From Bugula neritina (lineage: Eukaryota; Animalia; Bryozoa), in NCBI GenBank assembly GCA_964035545.1, contig OZ037767.1:30644628-30708627 (forward strand): a DNA stretch of 64,000 bases, in the 5' to 3' direction. The notes under the pieces are model-generated. The model was not told the origin of the DNA. It saw only the letters and a list, made by a program, of their open reading frames with translations, and searched no databases. Position 1 is the first letter of the stretch. Each line of letters begins with the position of its first letter. Shown here piece after piece: positions 51,751 through 60,331 of this stretch. Position numbers and translations under genes: made by a program.

Positions 51751-52689
51751 AACTATTTCAAAATGTATTTCTGTTTCACATTTTGAAAGATCAACTTTAT
51801 TTTTAACTTTAAGTCTAACTCTAAGACGATTACTACTATTATTATTAGTATTACTATTAGTATTGGTAATGTTATTATTATTATATGTAATTCTAATTAG
51901 ATCAAAAATTTTAATTAAAATTAGCTTCAGATGTCTTTGAGTTTGACTAGTATAAGTACGAGTATTGAATGACGTTTCTATTTCACTTTCAGTTTGAGCT
52001 TCACATTCACATTGAGTGAATCATTGACTCAAAGTGATTGACTTTGACTTTGAGTACTCAAGTGGAAGAACTGTCAATTTTTTGACTGAAATTTTTACTT
52101 TATTCAAACTATCTTCTACGTGTCACAGCAACAATATTTCTATTAAATTTAATGCGAATATCAGCATCAATAATGTTAAACCGAAAAATCTAATTACAAT
52201 GGGTAATACTAGCATTAGCAACTGACTTAGAGTTAATCATTCACTATTAAATTTAATGATCGCGTGTTCTCTTTACAATATTTGAAAAAAAACCCAAGTG
52301 TACCTAGACTGAGCTCCTCTTTAATTTTGACTTGCCACACCAAATCATAAATCGTATCCAAGAAAAACTACTAGTGTTCATATTTGCTCAGACTAAAGGC
52401 ACTACAATGAGCTCTTCTTAGAGTTAATGGAAAGTTGTATAAGTGGAGCAAAAGTTGGAAACTTCCGCTATAGCGCCCTCTTGTCCAGAGTTGATTTAAC
52501 TTCCTCAGAATACTATTAGTATTACTAGTATTGGTATTACTATTAGTATTACTCTTAGAATTAGTATTAGTAATCGAGTTTGCAACATCTTGTGAAATGC
52601 AATTAAACAATAAAGTTAAGAATAAATAATTATAATTAATAACCTAATTCATCAATATTACTAAGCAACTAGTGTGCAAAACCTACCGC

Positions 52690-53247
52690 TGTAATGGATT
52701 TTCACCCTCTTTTAGTTTCGAAATAACAGCGTGCAACAGTATATTATAAATACTGTTGCGTATCATTCTTAATTCTGTAATTATAGTTAAGTAAGTTAGC
52801 TTGCTAATGCCTAAGTATGGTAATTACTGTTAAAGCTCAACATAATGTAATTTTACTGAAATACGCATTCTGAAGTTATGTAATATTTCTTTTACTAATG
52901 TTGCTTCTTTTGTGTGTGTCCTTTGTTGCTGAGATCGGCATTTCGGTCTTCCGAAATGCCGATGTGCCGAAAATCGGCGTTTCGGCATTTCGGAGTCCCG
53001 AAATGCCGATATTCGGCATTTCGGAACCCCGATCTCGGCAACAAAGGAATGTCTTTGTCTCGCTTGTATATAAAAGCCAGCGAGTTCCAGTGTAGTTCAG
53101 ACTACTACTGGAGCTCGCTGGTAGTAGGACCACATAAGCTGTATTTGATGCTAATAAAGTTATCTTCATTCGTATTCAGAATACTTGGCTTATTCTCTCT
53201 AGAGCATGTAGGCACTAGTTGCATTCAAAACCCACAAGTTTACTACA
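52690..53247 (+). repeat. E2 5' LTR
   Basis: TG...CA; TATATAAAA at 53067; AATAAA at 53153-53158. Confidence 0.97.
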
Positions 53248-53248
53248 T

Positions 53249-53266
53249 TGGTGGCAGCGGTGGGAT
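53249..53266 (+). promoter_or_regulatory. E2 primer binding site, tRNA-Leu type
   Basis: TGGTGGCAGCGGTGGGAT. Confidence 0.87.
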
Positions 53267-53297
53267 TTTCGAATAACTAGTTGCCGAGCGGCACGCA

Positions 53298-54203
53298 ATG
53301 GCCCCAGGGGACACAGCCCCTGAGGCAGCAACACCACCAGCCCTCACTGTTGAGGCGCTGGTCACAGCCCTCCAGGGATTGCGGGGGCAAGGACAGGCAT
53401 CACCTGGTGACAGGTATCGCCTCCAGCCCCCGAATTTCGGAGGAGAAGGAGACGTAGAGCAATTCATCAGGGAGTTCCAGGATGTGGCCACCATCGCTGA
53501 ATGGCCAGTACCGGTGCGCATCCTCCAACTTCGGGCCTGTCTGACCGGCCGGGCTAAGAGCTTCGCTCTTGGGCCTGATGAAGAGCACATCATGCGGGCT
53601 CTCAGAGCCCGGTTCGGCCTAACAACCGAAGAAGCAGCTGATCGTTTGCAGATCATGAGGAGGGACCGGAGGACTCCCCTGGAAGACCACGCAAACGAGG
53701 TAGAGCGCCTGGCTCAGGCTGCTTTCGGTCACGCCACTGGCAATGACCGGAAGCGCCTCGTTTACAACGCGTTCTTCCGGAGCGTGAATCACCCGGACCT
53801 GCAGCGATACTGGCTGGCCGCCAAGGTCAACAGTATAGAGGAAGCGCTGGAAATGGGGAAGGCTTACTTCCAGGTGGAAGAGCCTAGGCGACCGAGCTAT
53901 ACAGCCCGCCAAGTGGTCGAGGAGCATGAGGAGACCACCCCACTTCCAACTCCACAGGTAGCAGCAGCTGCAACTAAATCACCCGAGCAGACGCAGCTCA
54001 CCATGTTAATGGACATGATGAAAGGCCTGCAGGCTACGGTGACGAAGTTGCAGAGCGAACAGGCGGATAGGCGGGCTCCCCGATCACGGGACAACCCTGT
54101 CCGCCCATCTCTGCTAACCTGTTGGGGGTGCGGGGCGCAAGGGCACGTGAGGAGGCACTGCCCTAGAGGCCAAGGGCCTTTAAACACCCAAGGCTCACGG
54201 TAA
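53298..54203 (+). CDS. gag: E2 Gag, 301 aa, CCHC knuckle
   Basis: Near-identical to E1 Gag; CWGCGAQGHVRRHC. Confidence 0.95.
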   Translation: MAPGDTAPEAATPPALTVEALVTALQGLRGQGQASPGDRYRLQPPNFGGEGDVEQFIREFQDVATIAEWPVPVRILQLRACLTGRAKSFALGPDEEHIMRALRARFGLTTEEAADRLQIMRRDRRTPLEDHANEVERLAQAAFGHATGNDRKRLVYNAFFRSVNHPDLQRYWLAAKVNSIEEALEMGKAYFQVEEPRRPSYTARQVVEEHEETTPLPTPQVAAAATKSPEQTQLTMLMDMMKGLQATVTKLQSEQADRRAPRSRDNPVRPSLLTCWGCGAQGHVRRHCPRGQGPLNTQGSR

Positions 54204-54223
54204 CTTCCGCCAACCGTGGGCCT
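54179..54223 (+). promoter_or_regulatory. Programmed -1 ribosomal frameshift signal
   Basis: T TTA AAC heptamer in the gag frame, 5-nt spacer, 11-bp stem aggctcacggt/accgtgggcct; pol is in the -1 frame and open from here. Confidence 0.85.
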
Positions 54224-57200
54224 CACGCCAATCCCATCCGGGATAGGACTCAAAGAGGAGAAGAAGAGACCTCCACAGGGTCTGCCGATACCGAGTGGCA
54301 GAGGCCACGGAGACCTCGGAGACCGCAAGGTCTACCCGATCCTCCGGCCGTGTCACTCGAGACCCGGATGCAGCTAGAAGAAGCAGGATGGCAGGCACCT
54401 CGGAGATCTCGGAGGCCGCAAGGTCTACCCGATCCTCCAGCCTGGCCACTCCGTAACCGGTTCGCGGGGTTGCCCGAGGAGGTTGTGGAGAAGGATTCAG
54501 CTTACTCGCAAGAGTACCCCAAGCTACCCTCCCGACCTCAGAAAACCCCCGTTGTCTCTAAGACGAAGAGGAGGCCCGCTGTGCGGACCCAAGTTGTGTC
54601 TCCCCCAGAGACTGACCGCTCCAGGAGCACCCAGCCGTATGGAAGCAGCTACTTCCTGCCCGGAAAGATTTCGGGTAAAGCTGCCACATTCCTACTGGAT
54701 ACTGGGTGCACTACCAACCTGCTGAGTAGGCGTCTCTTTGACACTCTTGGTGCACGAGAGCGGGCGAGCCTCGAGCCGTATGAAGGTGCGCATGGTACGT
54801 TGGCGGACGGATCATGCATTCCTTTCTACGGCGTCATTTCACTACCTGGACGCGTCCGTGATCAAGCAATTCACGAGACGTTCATAGTCAGCCAGCTGAA
54901 GGAGGACGCCATCCTGGGAATGCCGTTTCTGGAGAAACACCAGTGTCACATGGATTTCCAGAAGTCAGTGGTGGTGATGGCTGGGAAGGAGCTTGTCTGC
55001 GTCGACAAGTTCGGAAGGCCCTTGGTGGGCGGAGTCCAGGTAGTGCGGGACTGCACGGTTCCGGGGAGATCCCAGGCGACTCTTCGCTGCAGAGTCAACT
55101 GCAAGGGGATCGCCGGCCTGGGGGTGGTTGAGGGAACGCACGGAGCGATCCGACTAGCAAACAGCCTGAATCGGCTAGATTGTCGGCAGGAGCTCCTCGT
55201 GCAGTGCATCAACCCCTTCACGGAACCTATCCGATTATCGGCCGGAGCGCTGGTGGGGAAGTACCACTCCATCCAGGAAGCGGATGTGGGTCCGGCACTG
55301 GAGACAGTGGCCGACACCCAGGGTAAACCCCCTCACACCAGACGAGGAGCAGTCCCGGAGCATGTGGCTGACCTATACGATGGAGCGTGCGGAAACTGTA
55401 CCAGTAGTACTGAACGCCAAGTACTGGCTCAACTACTTGCAGAGTACAGTGATGTCTTCAGTCGTGGCGATGAAGACATGGGGCTGACCAAGGTCATCTC
55501 CCACGAGATACCCCTGGCAGCCGGCACCACTCCCATCAGGCAGCCTACCCGGCGTCTAGGCCCGGAGAAGGAGAAGGAGGTGAGCCGACAGGTACAGGAT
55601 CTTCTCGACCGGAATCTGATTGAGCCTGCCCACGGTGCGTGGAGCTCTCCAGTAGTCCTGGTCAAGAAGAAGGATGGTAGCTGGAGATTCTGCGTGGACT
55701 ACCGCAGACTCAACAGCGTTACCATCCAGGACGCCTACCCTCTCCCACGGATAGATGAGTCTCTAGATGCCCTCGCGGGTAGCAAGTACTTCAGTACTTT
55801 GGATCTGCTTAGCGGGTACTGGCAAGTACCCCTCAGTCCTGATGCCCAGGACAAAGCAGCATTCATCACTCGCGACGGGCTCTGGAAGTGGAAAGTACTG
55901 CCATTTGGACTAACGTCCGCTCCGGCAACTTTCCAACGGCTCATGGAGCAGGTCCTCAGTGGGTTACACTGGAAGACCCTCCTCATCTATCTAGACGACG
56001 TCATTGTCATTTCCCCAGACTTCTCGACTCATGTCAGTCGTCTGCGGGAGGTCTTTGACCGTCTCCGGGCAGCTGGACTGAAGCTGAAGCCCTCCAAGTG
56101 TGCACTCCTGCAGCCGGAAGTCACGTACCTTGGCCATGTGGTTGGCCGTGATGGGGTCGCTACCGACCCAGAGAAGGTACAGGCTGTGAAGGAGTGGACT
56201 GTCCCCCGTGACCTCCCTGAGTTGCGCGCGTTCCTGGGCCTAGTAGGGTACTACCGGCAGTACATACCTGGCTTCGCAGGAGTGGCTCAGCCGTTAAATC
56301 GGCTGACCGCAAAGGGGGTCCGGTGGCAGTGGACACAGGAGGAGCAGCAGGCATTTGACCACCTCAAGCAGCGGCTAATGGAGGCGCCAATTCTGGCGTA
56401 TCCTGACCCAGCCCAAGAGTACATCCTGGACACTGACGCCAGCGACCACAGCGTGGGAGCTGTCCTGTCTCAAGTCCAGGGTGGAAGTGAGGTGGTCGTA
56501 GCTTACTACAGCAAGACTCTCGCGGCCGCCGAGAAGAACTACTGCACCACTAGGAAGGAACTCCTAGCAGTAGTCAAGGCGGTCAAGCACTTTCGGCCAT
56601 ATCTGTATGGGAGAACGTTCCGTTTGCGAACAGACCATGCATCACTGATATGGCTGTGTAAACGTGCAGAGCCCTCGAGCCAGGTGGCTCGTTGGCTAGA
56701 GATTCTTGCCGAGTTCTCTTACCGGATAGAGCACCGTGCTGGCCGGAAGCACGGGAACGCCGACGGCATGAGCCGCCGGCCGGTAGGAGACTGTAAGCAG
56801 TGCCTGCACATTGAGAAGCGGGACGGGGGACCCGCTCGCCTTGACGTGGAAACAGAGTTAGGGGAGGGCGCCGTCTATCGGTGGGAGCACGGCCATCTTC
56901 GGACCGAAACCCACTCAGACGACGTCCAGGCGCTTCACGCCAACCCCACTCTATACCAGAATGTCAAGGAGCTGTGCCGACTCCAGGAGACGCTACCCGG
57001 TGCGGTAGCGGACATCTTCCGGGCCAAGAAGGAGGGCCGACGACCTAGCGAGGAACAGCAGCGGCAGGGAGACGTTGAGTTCCAACTCCTCTGTCGTCGC
57101 TGGGACGCCCTCAAGGTCAGTCCTGATGGCCTCCTGATGATAACGTTAGCAGCAGACAACCGTCAGCAGGAGAGGGACCGCGTCGTCTGTCCACGCGCCC

Positions 57201-58831
57201 TCCGACGGGAACTGATCTGGGACACCCATAAGCAGGCTCATTCTGAAGTCAGCCGGGTCATCAGGTGTCTGCGGCTGCGTTGGTATTGGCCCGGAATGAC
57301 TCGGGACGTACGACTGCGGGTACGGCAATGCGAGGTCTGCCAAGCTAGTAAGCATGGCCGCCCCACGGAAACCACTGGTCGACGCCGGCTATACGCTGGT
57401 CGACCGTGGCAAGTAGTGGCGGTGGACCTCGTCGGGCCTATGCCGTTATCCGCCAGAGGGAACACCTGGATACTGGTGCTCACGGACCACTTCACCCGGT
57501 GGGCAGATGCTCTGGCTATTCCAGACGCAACAGCCCCCACGGTGGCCCGGACCCTGGACCAACATGTGTTCTGTTACCTCGGTTTACCCGAGCAGATACA
57601 TACGGACCAGGGTGCCCAGTTCCAGTCCCAGCTCATGGGAGACCTCTGCCGGATATGGGGGGTGAACCAGAGTCGGACCACCCCATATCACCCGCAAGGG
57701 AACGGAGTCGTCGAGCGGAACAACAGGATGTTGGGTGACGCCCTCAGGAGCCTGCTCCTTGGCCGAGGTCAGGAAGAATGGGACGTGGTGCTGCCGCAAA
57801 TCATGCGGGCTTACCGCAGCACACCACACTCCGCCACGCAGGAGACCCCAAACTTCCTGATGCTAGGCCGAGAGACGCGGGTTCCGGAACACCTGACATA
57901 CCATGTTCCTGCTCCCGAGTCACCGGTACACGAATATGTGGAGGGTCTGATAGACATCATGGGCAAAGCTCATGATGCACTGCGTACCCAGCAGTGGCAG
58001 ACCCGCACAGAGGACTCGGAGGAGCCCCCGTTGTACCAGGTGGGAGACTGGGTCTGGATGGTGAGCTATCGTAGGCGACGCGGACAGTCGGCTAAGCTTC
58101 AGCCCAAGTTCGTCGGTCCCTACTGCGTGGTAGAGGTGCTGCCAAACCATACATACCGTGTGGAGCGCTCTGGACAGGTCTCAGTCCAGAGCGAGCAGCG
58201 CCTGAAGCCGTACCAGGCCAGCCCAGACGCGGTGGGTCAAGCCCCACCCCTCCTGGAGCCCAGCCGTCGAGGACAGGCCACCCGCCCTCGAGAGGTGGAA
58301 ATTGTGTTCCCCAGAGAGGCGGACCAGGAGCAAACCGCCCTGTTGGAGCAGCTGGAGCGACAACAGAGAGAGGAGCGGGAACAAGAACGACAGCAAGCCC
58401 TAGGACCACCACCCCTCCAGGGGGAGGACACCCCCACCCGTGTTACGGGTGAAGGCGGGGACCCCCCTTCAGCGGTAGCTGAGGAGCCACCGGCACCAGC
58501 AGCGCCTATACAGCAGGAACGGAGTCAGAGGGCCAGAAGGCCCCCCAGATATCTGGCGGACTACCACGTGGGACACATGGAGATGTCCCCACAGAGGAGT
58601 GGTACACCCAGTACGGGTAAAAACTCCGAGCCTCAGTTGCAGAACAGCCCTGGCAGTACCGGACTTCTCCAAAAGCAATTACTCCCAGACCAGCACAGTC
58701 ACCTGGACAACAGGTACCCAGCTCTTTCGGGTAATGTTGGTCGAGGTAGGTGGCGATACCCCATACCTATGACTTGGACCCCCCTCCAGAAGAAGAAGAT
58801 GAGGCCACGACCCTACTACCCGCCCAGCTGA
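54179..58831 (+). CDS. pol: E2 Pol (PR-RT-RH-IN)
   Basis: Same motifs as E1 and near-identical up to just past the GPY/F motif; the tail diverges after that. Confidence 0.95.
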   Translation, partial: FKHPRLTVTSANRGPHANPIRDRTQRGEEETSTGSADTEWQRPRRPRRPQGLPDPPAVSLETRMQLEEAGWQAPRRSRRPQGLPDPPAWPLRNRFAGLPEEVVEKDSAYSQEYPKLPSRPQKTPVVSKTKRRPAVRTQVVSPPETDRSRSTQPYGSSYFLPGKISGKAATFLLDTGCTTNLLSRRLFDTLGARERASLEPYEGAHGTLADGSCIPFYGVISLPGRVRDQAIHETFIVSQLKEDAILGMPFLEKHQCHMDFQKSVVVMAGKELVCVDKFGRPLVGGVQVVRDCTVPGRSQATLRCRVNCKGIAGLGVVEGTHGAIRLANSLNRLDCRQELLVQCINPFTEPIRLSAGALVGKYHSIQEADVGPALETVADTQGKPPHTRRGAVPEHVADLYDGACGNCTSSTERQVLAQLLAEYSDVFSRGDEDMGLTKVISHEIPLAAGTTPIRQPTRRLGPEKEKEVSRQVQDLLDRNLIEPAHGAWSSPVVLVKKKDGSWRFCVDYRRLNSVTIQDAYPLPRIDESLDALAGSKYFSTLDLLSGYWQVPLSPDAQDKAAFITRDGLWKWKVLPFGLTSAPATFQRLMEQVLSGLHWKTLLIYLDDVIVISPDFSTHVSRLREVFDRLRAAGLKLKPSKCALLQPEVTYLGHVVGRDGVATDPEKVQAVKEWTVPRDLPELRAFLGLVGYYRQYIPGFAGVAQPLNRLTAKGVRWQWTQEEQQAFDHLKQRLMEAPILAYPDPAQEYILDTDASDHSVGAVLSQVQGGSEVVVAYYSKTLAAAEKNYCTTRKELLAVVKAVKHFRPYLYGRTFRLRTDHASLIWLCKRAEPSSQVARWLEILAEFSYRIEHRAGRKHGNADGMSRRPVGDCKQCLHIEKRDGGPARLDVETELGEGAVYRWEHGHLRTETHSDDVQALHANPTLYQNVKELCRLQETLPGAVADIFRAKKEGRRPSEEQQRQGDVEFQLLCRRWDALKVSPDGLLMITLAADNRQQERDRVVCPRALRRELIWDTHKQAHSEVSRVIRCLRLRWYWPGMTRDVRLRVRQCEVCQASKHGRPTETTGRRRLYAGRPWQVVAVDLVGPMPLSARGNTWILVLTDHFTRWADALAIPDATAPTVARTLDQHVFCYLGLPEQIHTDQGAQFQSQLMGDLCRIWGVNQSRTTPYHPQGNGVVERNNRMLGDALRSLLLGRGQEEWDVVLPQIMRAYRSTPHSATQETPNFLMLGRETRVPEHLTYHVPAPESPVHEYVEGLIDIMGKAHDALRTQQWQTRTEDSEEPPLYQVGDWVWMVSYRRRRGQSAKLQPKFVGPYCVVEVLPNHTYRVERSGQVSVQSEQRLKPYQASPDAVGQAPPLLEPSRRGQATRPREVEIVFPREADQEQTALLEQLERQQREEREQERQQALGPPPLQGEDTPTRVTGEGGDPPSAVAEEPPAPAAPIQQERSQRARRPPRYLADYHVGHMEMSPQRSGTPSTGKNSEPQLQNSPGSTGLLQKQLLPDQHSHLDNRYPALSGNVGRGRWRYPIPMTWTPLQKKKMRPRPYYPPS

Positions 58832-59085
58832 TTGGAGATGGCGCTACCGCAGCCACCACCCAGCCTCTACGGGTAGCGCTGGCAAGACTGGGCAAGGAGC
58901 CTGGAGCACCAGGCGGCCAGATAGAAGAGAAGACCCAGCCGACCCACTCACAATTGCCCCGTCACGGGCAGAGTATGGCACTTCCTTACCGCGAGTGCGT
59001 CTTTGATAGTGCAATCCATGCCTGGTCCAGTATCCTTGACCAATGTACCGAAGAGATAGAAAGCCTGGTGCACCACCTCCAATGA
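58750..59085 (+). CDS. E2 post-integrase ORF homologous to the extreme C-terminus of E1 Pol (out of frame with E2 pol); function unknown
   Basis: GAPGGQIEEKTQPTHSQLPRHGQSMALPYRECVFDSAIHAWSSILDQCTEEIESLVHHL versus E1 GAPGSQIEEQTQPTHPQLPRHGQSMALPYRECILDSAIEAWSRILDPSTEEIGSLVHYL. Confidence 0.55.
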   Translation: MAIPHTYDLDPPPEEEDEATTLLPAQLIGDGATAATTQPLRVALARLGKEPGAPGGQIEEKTQPTHSQLPRHGQSMALPYRECVFDSAIHAWSSILDQCTEEIESLVHHLQ

Positions 59086-59289
59086 CCAAACCGAACAATT
59101 AGGCATTAGCCGCCCGAACTGTATATATTATGGGTGCTACTACGATTGTTTATTGTGACACGCCTGATTAATCATAATACTTTTTCTGTTAACCACATAT
59201 TTTCTACTGTTGTGTTTTATTTTTGACCTGTTTGTACAAACACCTTGTCTCTGTTATCGAAAAGGGGATGCTTTTCGATGGGGGGAGAA

Positions 59290-59847
59290 TGTAATGGATT
59301 TTCACCCTCTTTTAGTTTCGAAATAACAGCGTGCAACAGTATATTATAAATACTGTTGCGTATCATTCTTAATTCTGTAATTATAGTTAAGTAAATTAGC
59401 TTGCTAATGCCTAAGTATGGTAATTACTGTTAAAGCTCAACATAATGTAATTTTACTGAAATACGCATTCTGAAGTTATGTAATATTTCTTTTACTAATG
59501 TTGCTTCTTTTGTGTGTGTCCTTTGTTGCTGAGATCGGCATTTTGGTCTTCCGAAATGCCGATGTGCCGAAAATCGGCGTTTCGGCATTTCGGAGTCCCG
59601 AAATGCCGATATTCGGCATTTCGGAACCCCGATCTCGGCAACAAAGGAATGTCTTTGTCTCGCTTGTATATAAAAGCCAGCGAGTTCCAGTGTAGTTCAG
59701 ACTACTACTGGAGCTCGCTGGTAGTAGGACCACATAAGCTGTATTTGATGCTAATAAAGTTATCTTCATTCGTATTCAGAATACTTGGCTTATTCTCTCT
59801 AGAGCATGTAGGCACTAGTTGCATTCAAAACCCACAAGTTTACTACA
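59290..59847 (+). repeat. E2 3' LTR
   Basis: Follows the PPT; TG...CA. Confidence 0.97.
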
Positions 59848-59850
59848 CCG

Positions 59851-60200
59851 CTAATACTAAGTCTAATAGTAATACTAATAGTAATAGACTGATACTGATA
59901 GTGATAGTAAATGTAACAGTAATACTACTAATAGTAATACTAATAGTAATTATTTTTTAGGTATCACTGGTATCAGCGACCTTAAAGTTAAAATAATATT
60001 GCTATTACTATTAGTATTATATTACTATAAGTATAAGTATTAATATTAGTATTAGTATTTAGTTGTCAGTCAGTGTCCCTCACACTGTCACCGTTACAGG
60101 AAAACTAAGCCAGTGGATGTAATTCATTTTCAGTATTACTATTAGTAATACTATTAGTATTAGTATTTCTATTAATAACAGCAATACAGTAGTATTAATA
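59851..60200. repeat. AT-rich hexamer-periodic tract (taatac/taatag/tgatag)
   Basis: Same motif class as 20014-20760 and 52510-52575. Confidence 0.8.
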
Positions 60201-60331
60201 TGAATATTAAATCCAAATGTTAATCAGAGCGTTTTACTGAATGTGATGATTATAGTTTAATATCAATCGTAATTTTTCAAATTTAAGATACACCAAAAGG
60301 ATAAACTTTAATTCAGGTTCATCCTGCAACA

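Larger units (their letters stand above)
52690..59847 (+). mobile_element. Full-length Ty3/Gypsy LTR retrotransposon, copy E2
   Basis: 558-bp LTRs at 52690-53247 and 59290-59847 (2 mismatches seen); 4-bp TSD ccgc (52686-52689, 59848-59851); tRNA-Leu PBS 53249-53266; PPT ggggggagaa 59280-59289. Confidence 0.98.

Noticed and set aside
53077-53130. Hammerhead ribozyme in the LTR hairpins
   Set aside because: No CUGANGA/GAAA core in the required arrangement.
52876-53276. ORFs inside the E2 LTRs
   Set aside because: They arise from the GC-rich palindromic cassette and are absent from the E1 LTR.
58610-58800. Second programmed frameshift linking E2 pol to the tail ORF
   Set aside because: No canonical X XXY YYZ heptamer in the 58750-58831 overlap, and upstream candidates run into stops at 58732 and 58747. 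An indel or separate initiation is more likely.
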